Shown here one piece after another: positions 48,122 through 57,786 of a stretch of 64,000 nucleotides of DNA (positions within the stretch are counted from its first letter, which is position 1; each line of letters opens with the position of its first letter). Both the position numbers and the translations under genes were made by a program. The stretch is from assembly GCA_002717485.1 (NCBI GenBank), contig PBDW01000020.1:2802-66801 (forward strand), in the 5' to 3' direction. The notes beneath the pieces were generated by a model. That model had not been told where the DNA came from. It saw only the letters and a program-made list of their open reading frames with translations, and searched no databases. The DNA comes from Pelagibacteraceae bacterium (GTDB lineage Bacteria; Pseudomonadota; Alphaproteobacteria; HIMB59; GCA-002718135).

Positions 48122-49107
48122 TAGTAAAATTCTTTTTTTATAGATCTATTTAAAACTAATTTAATTTCTTTTTCTATTACCGCTTTTTGATAAAGTATTC
48201 TATAGATGCTTTTCAATATAGGCATTTCTAGTTTATGTTTTTTCGAATAATAAAACAATGCTTTTGAGGTATAATATCCTTCCGTAACTGTTTTTTGAGT
48301 TTTAACAATATTAAATATTTTTATATTTTTATTCTTTGTTAATATTCTTCCAAAATTTGTGTTTCTAGATTTATTTGAATTACAAGTTAAAACTAAATCA
48401 CCTAAACCAGATAGGCCAAAAAAAGTTTTTTCATTAGCACCAATTACTTTTCCTAGACGAAGTATTTCAGCAAAGCTCCTTGATATGAACGCACTACTTG
48501 CATTTTCTCCCAATCCCATTCCCTTAACAATGCCTGCGCCAATTGCATATATATTTTTTATTGCTCCTCCAAGCTGACATCCTAAAATATCATTACTATA
48601 GTATACTCTAAAATAAGTATTATTTATTAATTTACTAACTTCATCAAAAAATTTTTTACTTTTGGAAGAAAGTAAGACTGCAGTTGGCATTTTTTTTGCT
48701 ACCTCGTCAGCAAAAGAAGGTCCTGATAAAACTGCTATTCGAGCTTTTGGAAAAATATCTTTAATAATTTCACTTAAAAATCTTCCGCTTTTAATTTCAA
48801 TACCTTTGCTACATAAAATAAAATTTTTTTTAATTTTATATTTTTTTAGACTTTTAATTATTGAAGCTGTTTGTTGAGTTGGAGTCGCAATAAAAAAATA
48901 TTCACACCCCCTTAAATCTTCTAGATCAGAAGTTGCTACAATATTTTTTGGAATTTTAATACCTTTAAGATTTTTACTTATTCTTTTCTTATTTATTAAA
49001 TTGCTTGTATTTTTGTTTCTTGTCCATATGTAAATTTTTTCACTTCTTATAATTGTCGAAATTGCCGTTCCCCATGCTCCGGCTCCAATAATTCCACATC
49101 TTTTCAT
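48121..49107 (-). CDS. gpsA: NAD(P)H-dependent glycerol-3-phosphate dehydrogenase
   Basis: IIGAGAWGTA Rossmann motif and GGAIKNIYAIGAG and GLGDLVLTC blocks. 1-nt overlap with deoC. Confidence 0.92.
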   Translation of the reverse strand: MKRCGIIGAGAWGTAISTIIRSEKIYIWTRNKNTSNLINKKRISKNLKGIKIPKNIVATSDLEDLRGCEYFFIATPTQQTASIIKSLKKYKIKKNFILCSKGIEIKSGRFLSEIIKDIFPKARIAVLSGPSFADEVAKKMPTAVLLSSKSKKFFDEVSKLINNTYFRVYYSNDILGCQLGGAIKNIYAIGAGIVKGMGLGENASSAFISRSFAEILRLGKVIGANEKTFFGLSGLGDLVLTCNSNKSRNTNFGRILTKNKNIKIFNIVKTQKTVTEGYYTSKALFYYSKKHKLEMPILKSIYRILYQKAVIEKEIKLVLNRSIKKEFY

Positions 49108-49253
49108 GTCCCCGTAAATAGCTTATTAAGCAAATTTTTTAAATAAAAGCTTTTAAAAACAAGCAATTTACTGTTTTTTATTGTTTTCTGTACTGTTGTT
49201 GTCTTTTAGCCTATAGAATAACTAATATTTTATTAATAAAATTTGGAGGAAAA

Positions 49254-50456
49254 ATGTCATTAAAGACTTTAATGAAACTTTTATCTGCTGCTGCAATAAT
49301 TCTGTCTTCTGCAACAGCTGTCTCCGCAGGAAACATAAGAGTTGGTGTTATTCTTGGATTTACGGGTCCAATTGAATCTTTAACCCCAACTATGGCAGAT
49401 TCTGCAGAGTTAGCTTTCAAAGAAGCTTCAGATTCAGGAAAATTGCTTGGTGGCGGAAACTATATTGTCCCAATGAGAGCGGATTCAACATGTATTGATG
49501 CTGATGCAGCAACTGCTGCCGCAGAACGATTGATAACTTCAGATGAGGTAGTAGCTATATATGGCGCTGACTGTTCTGGGGTTACAACTGCTATCGCAAA
49601 CAATGTTGCAGTGCCAAATGGTGTTTCGATGATATCTCCATCAGCAACATCACCAGCACTTACAACTATTAACGATAATGGTTTATTCTTTCGTACTGCA
49701 CCTTCGGATGCCCGAGGAGGTCAGGTTTTAGCTGCTATAACAAAAGACAGAGGTGTTTCAAGTGTTGCAATCACTTACACCAATAATGACTACGGTAAAG
49801 GTTTAGCAGATGTGTTTGCGGAATCTTTTAAGGCACTTGGTGGTACTGTTACTATGGTCGCAGCTCACGAAGATGGGAAAGGTGATTACTCTGCAGAAGT
49901 TGGAGCACTATCTGCATCTGGCGCTGAGGACCTTGTTGTAATCGGATATCTTGATCAAGGTGGTAGAGGAATGATTCAAAGCTCAATCGACTCTGGTTCT
50001 TTTAGCCGTTTTATTTTATCTGATGGTATGATTGGACAATCGCTAATCGATAATGTTCAAGGAGATTTAAGTACTTCTTTTGGATCAATGCCTGGATCAG
50101 AATCTGATGGCGCAAAAATGTTTGGAGAAATTGCGGCAGCTGCTGGCATAGATGGTTCCGGACCTTACGCTCCTGAATCTTATGATGCTGGTGCTTTAAT
50201 TGCACTTGCAATTCAAGCGGGCGGATCTGCTGACAGAGCTTCTATAGCTGCTAATATTCAAAAAGTTGCTAATGCACCTGGAACAAAGATCTTACCAGGG
50301 GAGATTGCAAAAGGCTTGGAAATATTAGCTAGTGGTGGAGAAATTAACTATGAAGGCGCATCAAACGTTGAGTTTACCGACGTTGGAGAAGCATCAGGTT
50401 CATTTAAAGAACTTGAAATTAGTGGTGGTAAATTCGTAACTGCCTCTGTTAGATAA
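49254..50456 (+). CDS. periplasmic substrate-binding protein of a HAAT (LivK-like, type 1 PBP) ABC importer
   Basis: Signal peptide ...ATAVSA|GN. The Ala/Gly-rich mature domain has GVILGFTGP and GADCSGV blocks. The strong SD GGAGGA sits 5 nt before the ATG. The gene is visibly GC-richer than its neighbours. Confidence 0.88.
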   Translation: MSLKTLMKLLSAAAIILSSATAVSAGNIRVGVILGFTGPIESLTPTMADSAELAFKEASDSGKLLGGGNYIVPMRADSTCIDADAATAAAERLITSDEVVAIYGADCSGVTTAIANNVAVPNGVSMISPSATSPALTTINDNGLFFRTAPSDARGGQVLAAITKDRGVSSVAITYTNNDYGKGLADVFAESFKALGGTVTMVAAHEDGKGDYSAEVGALSASGAEDLVVIGYLDQGGRGMIQSSIDSGSFSRFILSDGMIGQSLIDNVQGDLSTSFGSMPGSESDGAKMFGEIAAAAGIDGSGPYAPESYDAGALIALAIQAGGSADRASIAANIQKVANAPGTKILPGEIAKGLEILASGGEINYEGASNVEFTDVGEASGSFKELEISGGKFVTASVR

Positions 50457-50477
50457 TAAAAAAATAATTTTATAATT

Positions 50478-50508
50478 ACCCGGTTGAATTTTTACCGGGT
50501 TTTTATTT
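50478..50508. terminator. rho-independent terminator, probably bidirectional
   Basis: ACCCGGT-tgaattttt-ACCGGGT is a perfect 7-bp GC-rich stem followed by TTTTATTT. An A-rich run on the other side gives a U-tract for the minus strand. It sits between the convergent SBP and livM genes. Confidence 0.8.
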
Positions 50509-51877
50509 AGACGCGTCTAACCTTTTCAGGAAGAAGTCCCTTGGGTCTGAACCGAAGAGTAAGCAGCAACACAAATCCCATTATGAATAGACGAAGATGT
50601 GGGGCGCTTTCTGTAAGATGTGATTTTAAAAAACTTGATTCGGAAAGTCCACTTGTAAGTAAATTCATAAAAAAGATTGAAATCGGTTCGGCCTCAATCC
50701 ACAAAAACCAAATAAAAAAACCGCCCAAAACTGCGCCTAAGTTATTACCACTACCACCAACAATCACCATTATCCAAATCAAAAAAGTAAACCGTAAGGG
50801 TTGATAACTTCCCGGGGTAAATTGACCATTAAGAGTAGTCAGCATAGCTCCAGCTATACCAACTACAGCTGATCCCAAAATAAACACTCTTAAATGATGT
50901 TTTACAACATTTTTTCCCATTGCATTTGCAGCTTCTTCGTTGTCTCTGATAGCCCTCATCATACGTCCCCATGGTGAATTCAGTGCACGATTACTTAAAT
51001 ATAATATTATTAGTAATACAATAACAATTAATCCTGAATAACATAATTTAACAAATATACTTGAACTCTCAATAACTAAACTTCTTAATAAATCTTTTTT
51101 TTCTGATAAATCTATTATTCTATCAAGACTTTTGATGTTTATTTTCTCTACAAGATTAATAAACCATTCCGTATTTTGAAGATTAACTTCGTAGGGTACG
51201 GGACGTGGCAGTCCAGTAACATTTTTTACACCTCTAGCCAACCAATCTTCGTGTTTTAATATTGCTATTATTATTTCAGAAATACCTAATGTAGCTATTG
51301 CTAAATAATCTGAACGGAGACTTAAAGTAACTTTTCCAATTACCCATGCAACCCCGGCTGCTAATAATCCGCCTATAAACCAAGATATAATTATTGGCAT
51401 ACCTAGTCCTCCTAAAAAACCAGTCTTTGCTGGGTTCACTGACTCGATTGCAGAAACTGCAGGATGATAGAATTTGTTTAAAAGTATCATCATCAATATA
51501 ATTACTAAAAAAATAAAAAAACGTTTTAGCATTATTGTATGAATTTTTTTTCTAATGACAATTATAATTAATACTCCAAAAACTATTATGAAAAAACTTA
51601 CAATCATTCCAAAACCTCCTACTTGCCATGCTTCTACTACAGGAGATTGTGATACTATTACTGCAGCTAAACCTCCTAGTGCTGCAAAGCCCATAATTCC
51701 AATATTTATTAATCCAGCGTACCCCCACTGGATATTGACTCCTAGGGACATAATTGCAGATATTAAACAAAGATTTAATATTGTAAGAGATAGTGACCAC
51801 GATTGAAAAATACCCACTGCAAATAAAAGAAGTGCCATTATTGTAAAAGCTAAAGTTGATTTAAAGGAATCGCTCAT
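50507..51877 (-). CDS. livM: HAAT-family ABC transporter permease (LivM-like)
   Basis: 456 aa polytopic protein with a conserved C-terminal core (NEEAANAMGKNV, GSAVVGIAGAM). Confidence 0.88.
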   Translation of the reverse strand: MSDSFKSTLAFTIMALLLFAVGIFQSWSLSLTILNLCLISAIMSLGVNIQWGYAGLINIGIMGFAALGGLAAVIVSQSPVVEAWQVGGFGMIVSFFIIVFGVLIIIVIRKKIHTIMLKRFFIFLVIILMMILLNKFYHPAVSAIESVNPAKTGFLGGLGMPIIISWFIGGLLAAGVAWVIGKVTLSLRSDYLAIATLGISEIIIAILKHEDWLARGVKNVTGLPRPVPYEVNLQNTEWFINLVEKINIKSLDRIIDLSEKKDLLRSLVIESSSIFVKLCYSGLIVIVLLIILYLSNRALNSPWGRMMRAIRDNEEAANAMGKNVVKHHLRVFILGSAVVGIAGAMLTTLNGQFTPGSYQPLRFTFLIWIMVIVGGSGNNLGAVLGGFFIWFLWIEAEPISIFFMNLLTSGLSESSFLKSHLTESAPHLRLFIMGFVLLLTLRFRPKGLLPEKVRRV

Positions 51878-52896
51878 AAAGTTTTTCCTCTAAAAATTCC
51901 AGAAGGACGGAGTACTAAAACAACAACGAGTATTATAAAAGATATAGCAAATTTATAATCTGTAGAAAGTAGCTGGACCATACCAGTCGGTGAAAGATTT
52001 TCTGGCAATAAATATATAAAAAATTTCTTATATGCGTATGTTAGTGTTATTTCTGAAAACGCAATTACATAACCGCCTACAACTGCCCCTATTGGGCTTC
52101 CAATACCGCCAACTATTGCAGAGGCAAATATAGGCAATAGAATCATAAAGTATGTAAAAGGTTTAAAACTTTTATCAAGACCATATAATGTACCTGCTAT
52201 TGTTGCTAATGCTGCTGCAAGTATCCATGTAATTAAAACAATTTTGTCAGGATTAACGCCTGATAGTAAGGCCAAATCTTCGTTGTCTGAGAATGCCCTC
52301 ATTGATTTACCTGTTCTAGTTTTTTGCAAAAACCAAAAAAGTAATAATAAAGTAATGATTGTAACTATTAATGTTAAAACTTGGGTTGATTTTATGGCTA
52401 TACCTTCATTAAGACCTGTAATTTCTTTGAATTGACCGGCCTTTATAATAAACTTTTCTCCATCAAAAAATCTTCTATCATTTGGGCCTATCGTAACACG
52501 TACAATGGCATTAATAATAAACATTACACCAATAGAAGCTATAAGTAAGATAACTGGTGGGCTTTTTTGTAACCTATAAAATCTATATACAGTTTTCTCA
52601 ATTAAAACACAAAAAAGCGCGGTTATAATTATTGCAAATGGCAAGGCTATTAATGCAGTTGGAAACACACCTAAAGTAAGTCCATAAGACTGAAATAGCC
52701 ATGTTATAAGAATTGTGATCATTGTTCCAAAAGCCATAAGGTCGCCATGAGAAAAATTTGCAAAGCGTAATATGCCAAATACAAGGGTTATCCCTAGTGC
52801 GCCTAGCGCCAATTGCGAACCATATGCAATTGCTGGAATAATAACAAAATTAGATAATAACGCTAAAGCATTTATCACATCAATTAAGTATGTCAT
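51874..52896 (-). CDS. livH: HAAT-family ABC transporter permease (LivH-like)
   Basis: 340 aa. FSHGDLMAFG and DNEDLALLSGVNPD blocks. 4-nt overlap with livM. Confidence 0.88.
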   Translation of the reverse strand: MTYLIDVINALALLSNFVIIPAIAYGSQLALGALGITLVFGILRFANFSHGDLMAFGTMITILITWLFQSYGLTLGVFPTALIALPFAIIITALFCVLIEKTVYRFYRLQKSPPVILLIASIGVMFIINAIVRVTIGPNDRRFFDGEKFIIKAGQFKEITGLNEGIAIKSTQVLTLIVTIITLLLLFWFLQKTRTGKSMRAFSDNEDLALLSGVNPDKIVLITWILAAALATIAGTLYGLDKSFKPFTYFMILLPIFASAIVGGIGSPIGAVVGGYVIAFSEITLTYAYKKFFIYLLPENLSPTGMVQLLSTDYKFAISFIILVVVLVLRPSGIFRGKTL

Positions 52897-52902
52897 TGCA
52901 AA

Positions 52903-53607
52903 CTAACCTCCTAAAAAAGACCTTCTCACTTCATTATTAGAAAGCAAACTTGATCCCGTACCTGAAATTTTATTTTGACCATTAACTAAAACAAAACCTT
53001 GATCTGCTATTGCGAGTGCTTGTCTGGCATTTTGTTCAACTATTAAAATTGCAACTCCGGTATTTTTTATTTCAATGATTCTTTCAAATAATTCATCCAT
53101 AACTATTGGTGAAACTCCAGCAGTAGGCTCATCGAGCATCAAGGCACTTGGTTTTGTCATCATAGCACGTCCTACAGCAACTTGTTGTCTCTGCCCTCCA
53201 GAAAGTTCACCTGCTAGTTGTAATTTTTTTTCTTTTAGAACTGGAAAAAGTTCATATATTTGATTAAGAGTTTCCTTAATATCATCCTCACGTAAATGCG
53301 CTCCCATTTCAAGATTTTCTTGGACTGTCATTCCAGTAAATACATTTTTATTCTGAGGAACAAACGCCATTCCTCTTCTAACTCTAAGTTGGGGCGATTC
53401 TTTAGTAATATTATTTCCATCAAGAATTATTTTTCCTGTTTTCAATTTGATCATACCTAAAATCGCCTTCATAACGGTAGATTTTCCAGCCCCATTAGGT
53501 CCAACTATTACCGCAATTTCACCCTTACTTACCTCAATTGAACAATTGCTAATTATGTCTGCGCCACCATATCCAGCTGTCATATCTTTTCCACTTAAAT
53601 AAGTCAT
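52903..53607 (-). CDS. livF: HAAT-family ABC transporter ATP-binding protein (LivF-like)
   Basis: Walker A GPNGAGKST, signature LSGGQRQ, Walker B LMLDEP. Confidence 0.92.
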   Translation of the reverse strand: MTYLSGKDMTAGYGGADIISNCSIEVSKGEIAVIVGPNGAGKSTVMKAILGMIKLKTGKIILDGNNITKESPQLRVRRGMAFVPQNKNVFTGMTVQENLEMGAHLREDDIKETLNQIYELFPVLKEKKLQLAGELSGGQRQQVAVGRAMMTKPSALMLDEPTAGVSPIVMDELFERIIEIKNTGVAILIVEQNARQALAIADQGFVLVNGQNKISGTGSSLLSNNEVRRSFLGG

Positions 53608-53616
53608 ACTAATAAA

Positions 53617-54381
53617 TTATTTTTTTGAACCCTTTCCTAAGTAAGCTTCAATAACTTCTTCATTTGATTTAATTTCATCTGCAGTTCCTTGAGCTAAAAC
53701 AGAGCCTTCTGCCATAACAATAACCGGATCACATAATCGACTAATTAAATCCATATCATGTTCGATCATACAGAAAGTATAACCTCTCTCTTTATTTAGT
53801 CTTAAAATAGCACTAATAACATCATTTAATAAAGTTTTGTTAACTCCAGCTCCTACCTCGTCAAGTAAAACTATCTTTGCATCAACCATCATTGTTCTTC
53901 CCAATTCAAGAAGTTTTTTCTGCCCCCCTGAAAGATTGCCTGCTAGTTCTTGAGTTAAATGACTTAATTTAAGAAAATCAATAACTTCAACTGCTTTATT
54001 CCTTATTTCTTTTTCTTGCAATTTGACAGCTTTGGGTCTTATCCAAGCATTAATTAATTTTTCACCAATTTGTAAAGATGGCACCATCATCAAGTTTTCC
54101 AAAACTGTTAGAGATGAAAACTCGTGTGCAATCTGAAAAGTTCTCAGAAGGCCCATATTAAAAAGTAAGTGAGAGGGTATGCCCGTAATATCTTTTCCAT
54201 CTAAAAAAACCTTTCCGTCAGTCGGTTTAATATTTCCAGCTATGATATTAAATAATGTAGTTTTACCTGCTCCATTCGGGCCAATAAGTCCTGTAATAGA
54301 TCCGGTTTTAATTTCAAATATAACGTTTTCAACTGCCCTCACGCCTCCAAAATTTTTATATACAGATTCAATTTTAATCAT
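53617..54381 (-). CDS. livG: HAAT-family ABC transporter ATP-binding protein (LivG-like)
   Basis: Walker A GPNGAGKTT, signature LSGGQKK, Walker B VLLDEVGAG, and the LivG-type C-terminal extension. Confidence 0.92.
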   Translation of the reverse strand: MIKIESVYKNFGGVRAVENVIFEIKTGSITGLIGPNGAGKTTLFNIIAGNIKPTDGKVFLDGKDITGIPSHLLFNMGLLRTFQIAHEFSSLTVLENLMMVPSLQIGEKLINAWIRPKAVKLQEKEIRNKAVEVIDFLKLSHLTQELAGNLSGGQKKLLELGRTMMVDAKIVLLDEVGAGVNKTLLNDVISAILRLNKERGYTFCMIEHDMDLISRLCDPVIVMAEGSVLAQGTADEIKSNEEVIEAYLGKGSKK

Positions 54382-55474
54382 ATTCTAAATTTTTTTGTCC
54401 TGAATGTGCAGATATATTAAGCAAAAATCCAAAAGATATCATTACAGAAAGCATAGCGCTACCACCATAAGAAAGTAATGGCAATGGAATTCCTACTACT
54501 GGCATCAATCCAGTAACCATTGATGTATTAAAGAAAATATTTATAAATAAATTAGTTGCAACCCCTAAGGAAACTAATCTACCAAAATTAGAAAATGACC
54601 TAAAGGCTATGTAGAAACAAATACAGATCATTAGCATATATAAAATAATAATAAATATTGTGCCTAAAAAGCCGAATTCTTCTCCAATCATTGTAAAAAT
54701 AAAATCTGTCTGTTTTTCAGGTAGAAAATCTAAATATGATTGTGAACCTTTTAAAAAACCTTTGCCAAAAATGCCTCCTGATCCAAGAGCTATTTTTGAT
54801 TGAATTAAGTGATAGCCTGTACCTAACGGATCAGATTCTGGATCAATAAAAGAGATTAATCTTCTTTTTTGATAGTCGTGAAGCATATAGTTCCAAATAA
54901 GTGGAATAAGCGATAAGCCTGCAATAGAGCTTAGGATAAATTTCCATAACCTCACTCCTGCTAAAAACATCATTATTACTCCCAGAAATAGATAAACTAT
55001 TGCAGTTCCCAAGTCAGGCTGTATTAAAATTAAAAGAAATGGAAAAGATATAACTAAGACGGGTAATAATAAAAATCTAAATCTGCCAATACTTTGGAAT
55101 CTTAAATCGTGATAATATCTTGCTAAAAATAAAATTAGACCTACTTTAATTAATTCAGATGGTTGAATACTTAAACCAAAAAACTTTATCCATCTCTTTG
55201 CGCCAAATCCAAAAGTACCTATAATTTCAACTGATAACAAAAGTAAAAGTGAAAGAATAAATATATGATAACAATATTTATACCAAACACGAATATCAAC
55301 CAATGCTATAAAAAATAATAAAAAGAAAAAAACACAAAATCTAATAATCTGTTTCCTTGCCCAGGGTTCAAAATTTGAATCTGCTGCAGAATATAAAGCA
55401 ATAAAGCCTATAGATGCTAAAATTATAACAATGAATATGAATAACCAATTAATTTTATAAATTTTTTGAATCAA
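54374..55474 (-). CDS. rodA: SEDS-family peptidoglycan polymerase RodA
   Basis: FtsW/RodA/SpoVE pattern (IQPSELIK, PEKQTDFIF, GIPLPLLSYGGSA) in the position after mrdA. 8-nt overlap with the livG start. Confidence 0.92.
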   Translation of the reverse strand: MIQKIYKINWLFIFIVIILASIGFIALYSAADSNFEPWARKQIIRFCVFFFLLFFIALVDIRVWYKYCYHIFILSLLLLLSVEIIGTFGFGAKRWIKFFGLSIQPSELIKVGLILFLARYYHDLRFQSIGRFRFLLLPVLVISFPFLLILIQPDLGTAIVYLFLGVIMMFLAGVRLWKFILSSIAGLSLIPLIWNYMLHDYQKRRLISFIDPESDPLGTGYHLIQSKIALGSGGIFGKGFLKGSQSYLDFLPEKQTDFIFTMIGEEFGFLGTIFIIILYMLMICICFYIAFRSFSNFGRLVSLGVATNLFINIFFNTSMVTGLMPVVGIPLPLLSYGGSAMLSVMISFGFLLNISAHSGQKNLEYD

Positions 55475-57295
55475 TCAAATTCCTAACTTATAGAGTTTAT
55501 CAAATATTTTCTTAGCAATTGGAGCGGCAACAGATGCGCCAGACCCCCCGTGTTCAATTACAACACTGGCTGCATATTGAGGATTATTTACAGGCATATA
55601 TCCAACAAATAAAGAATGATCTTTATTTTTCCATTCAATTTCTTTCTTTCTAAAATCCTCTTGTTCTCTTTCTTCTATTGTAATTCTTTTAACCTGAGAA
55701 GTTCCCGTTTTACCTGCAAAAGTATAATCATTTTTATTGCTTCTACTTCTAAATGCCGTTCCACTTGCATTATTTACCACTTTCTCCATAGCTATATTAA
55801 TTTTTGAAAAATTATCTTTGCTTATATTTAATTTATTAGGCGTACCTGATATATCATTAGATATTTTTGATTTAATTAAAGTTGGTTTTATTAACTTTCC
55901 TTTATTAGCTATAATTGCAGCCATATTTGCTAACTGAAGTGGGGTTGCTAATATATACCCCTGGCCTATTCCTGTTATTAAAGTCTCGCCAGCATACCAA
56001 TTTTCATTTAATTGCTGTTTTTTCCATCTTTTGTTAGGAACTATACCATTTTTCTCAGAAGGTACTTCAATTCCAGTAAGATCCCCCAAACCAAATTCTT
56101 TTGCCATAATTGAAATATTATCTATTCCAATTTTTTTAGCTAGTTCATAAAAAAAACAATCACATGATTCAACAATTCCCTTTGTAAGATCAACCTTACC
56201 GTGCCCTTTAGTTTTCCAGCAGTGATAAATTTTATCTCCAAATTCAATTTTTCCCTCACATATAACAAAAAAATTAGAATTAATAATGTTTTTCTCCAAA
56301 GCAGCAATTGCTACTACCATTTTAAAAGTTGAACCAGGTGCATACAAACCTTGCACGGCTCTGTTTGTTAAAGGTGATAATTCATTTTTTAATATTGTAT
56401 CCCAATATTTTTTGTTAGGTATTGTTATTATTTTGTTAGGATCAAAACTTGGTACTGATGTCATAGATAATATTTCTCCTGTTGAAACTTTCATCACAAC
56501 TATAGAGCCGCTTCTGTGTTCTTTTAAAATTTCATAAACATATCTTTGAAGTCGCAAATCTATAGATAAGCTTAACGTTCCTCCTTCAATACTTTCGGTT
56601 TTTGATATTTCTCGAATTTCTCTTCCAATAGAATTTACCTCAACCTCTCTTTTTCCAGCTTTTCCAATTAATAATTGATTAAAATGTTTTTCAACTCCAG
56701 ATTTTCCTATTTCCAGTGAAGGCATAGAACTTATATATGGTAAAGAAAGTTCATCTTTGTTGGGTTTGCTAACGTAGCCCAATATATGAGAAAAGTTTTC
56801 CCCAAAGGGATATTTTCTTTTACTTGATAACAATAAGTGAATTCCTGGAAAATCAATCATATTAGCTTCAATTTGTTCTAAATGTTTCCAGCTCAGATTA
56901 TCTAAAATCTTTATCATTTCAAATTTTTTAACCTGTCTTGATAACAATATAATTTTTTTTCTTTTTGAAAATGGAATATTAACTATTTTGTTCAGCTTCA
57001 ATAATACTGATTCTAAATTTTCAACTTCTTCAGGTATTACATACAACTCATAAGAGTCATAGTTTTTTGCCACTGTATTATTATTTCTATCTGTAATTTT
57101 TCCTCTTTTAGGAAAAATAATTTTTAAACTAATCCTATTATTCTTGGATAGAGTTCTATATTTTTCAGATTGAGTAATCTGTATGTTAAATAATCTTAAT
57201 CCAACAAAAAAGAAAAGGATAAGTTTAATAATCAATAAAAAGAAGGATCTTCTTGAAAATGTTTTAAATTGATTTTTTTTTTCAGAAAAAAACAT
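55475..57295 (-). CDS. mrdA: penicillin-binding protein 2 (elongasome transpeptidase)
   Basis: SxxK (APGSTFKMV) and KTG (AGKTGTSQ) motifs, an N-terminal anchor, and its position between mreD and rodA. Confidence 0.92.
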   Translation of the reverse strand: MFFSEKKNQFKTFSRRSFFLLIIKLILFFFVGLRLFNIQITQSEKYRTLSKNNRISLKIIFPKRGKITDRNNNTVAKNYDSYELYVIPEEVENLESVLLKLNKIVNIPFSKRKKIILLSRQVKKFEMIKILDNLSWKHLEQIEANMIDFPGIHLLLSSKRKYPFGENFSHILGYVSKPNKDELSLPYISSMPSLEIGKSGVEKHFNQLLIGKAGKREVEVNSIGREIREISKTESIEGGTLSLSIDLRLQRYVYEILKEHRSGSIVVMKVSTGEILSMTSVPSFDPNKIITIPNKKYWDTILKNELSPLTNRAVQGLYAPGSTFKMVVAIAALEKNIINSNFFVICEGKIEFGDKIYHCWKTKGHGKVDLTKGIVESCDCFFYELAKKIGIDNISIMAKEFGLGDLTGIEVPSEKNGIVPNKRWKKQQLNENWYAGETLITGIGQGYILATPLQLANMAAIIANKGKLIKPTLIKSKISNDISGTPNKLNISKDNFSKINIAMEKVVNNASGTAFRSRSNKNDYTFAGKTGTSQVKRITIEEREQEDFRKKEIEWKNKDHSLFVGYMPVNNPQYAASVVIEHGGSGASVAAPIAKKIFDKLYKLGI

Positions 57296-57786
57296 TATTT
57301 TTTCCTAAACAATATATTAAGTAAAATATTAGTAGGATAATACACTACAAAAAGAATTATATAAGTTTTAACTGTAATATCAACATTAATAGGAATATTG
57401 TAAAGATATAATGCTGTAATTTTTTCTAAAAGTATAATTAAAGAAACTATAAAAAAATTTACTAATATAATAATCACTGGATACATATTTATTAAAAAAT
57501 TTCTAGTATAATTAATTACAAGTAATGATAATAAAAGTATAATTAAATGAGGACCAAAATTATTTATTAAAACAAGGTCAAGGACAAAAGCAATTACAAA
57601 AATTATTAAATAATTTAAATTTCTAATTCTATAAACTGCGAAAAAAACAATTATATTATGGAGTGTCACTAATAATATAATATTTAAATAAATAAAATAA
57701 CTTGGACTTGCTATGAGTACCAATAAAAAGAATAATATTATCAAATGTAAGTAATTTCTAAATAAATTAGAAATACTATATTTCAT
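57295..57786 (-). CDS. mreD: rod shape-determining protein MreD
   Basis: 163-aa polytopic membrane protein immediately after mreC. The assignment is mostly positional. Confidence 0.75.
   Translation of the reverse strand: MKYSISNLFRNYLHLIILFFLLVLIASPSYFIYLNIILLVTLHNIIVFFAVYRIRNLNYLIIFVIAFVLDLVLINNFGPHLIILLLSLLVINYTRNFLINMYPVIIILVNFFIVSLIILLEKITALYLYNIPINVDITVKTYIILFVVYYPTNILLNILFRKK

Noticed and set aside
49211-49420. A 69-aa minus-strand ORF over the start of the SBP gene.
   Set aside because: It is antisense to the signal-peptide region of a strongly supported, SD-preceded gene, so it is a shadow ORF.
49254-50456. The GC-rich patch as evidence of horizontally acquired DNA.
   Set aside because: The elevated GC is confined to one ORF and tracks its Ala/Gly/Val-rich amino-acid composition. 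The flanking signals (SD, terminator) and the adjacent cognate transporter argue for a native, highly expressed gene. A mobile origin is not supported by any integrase or repeat.
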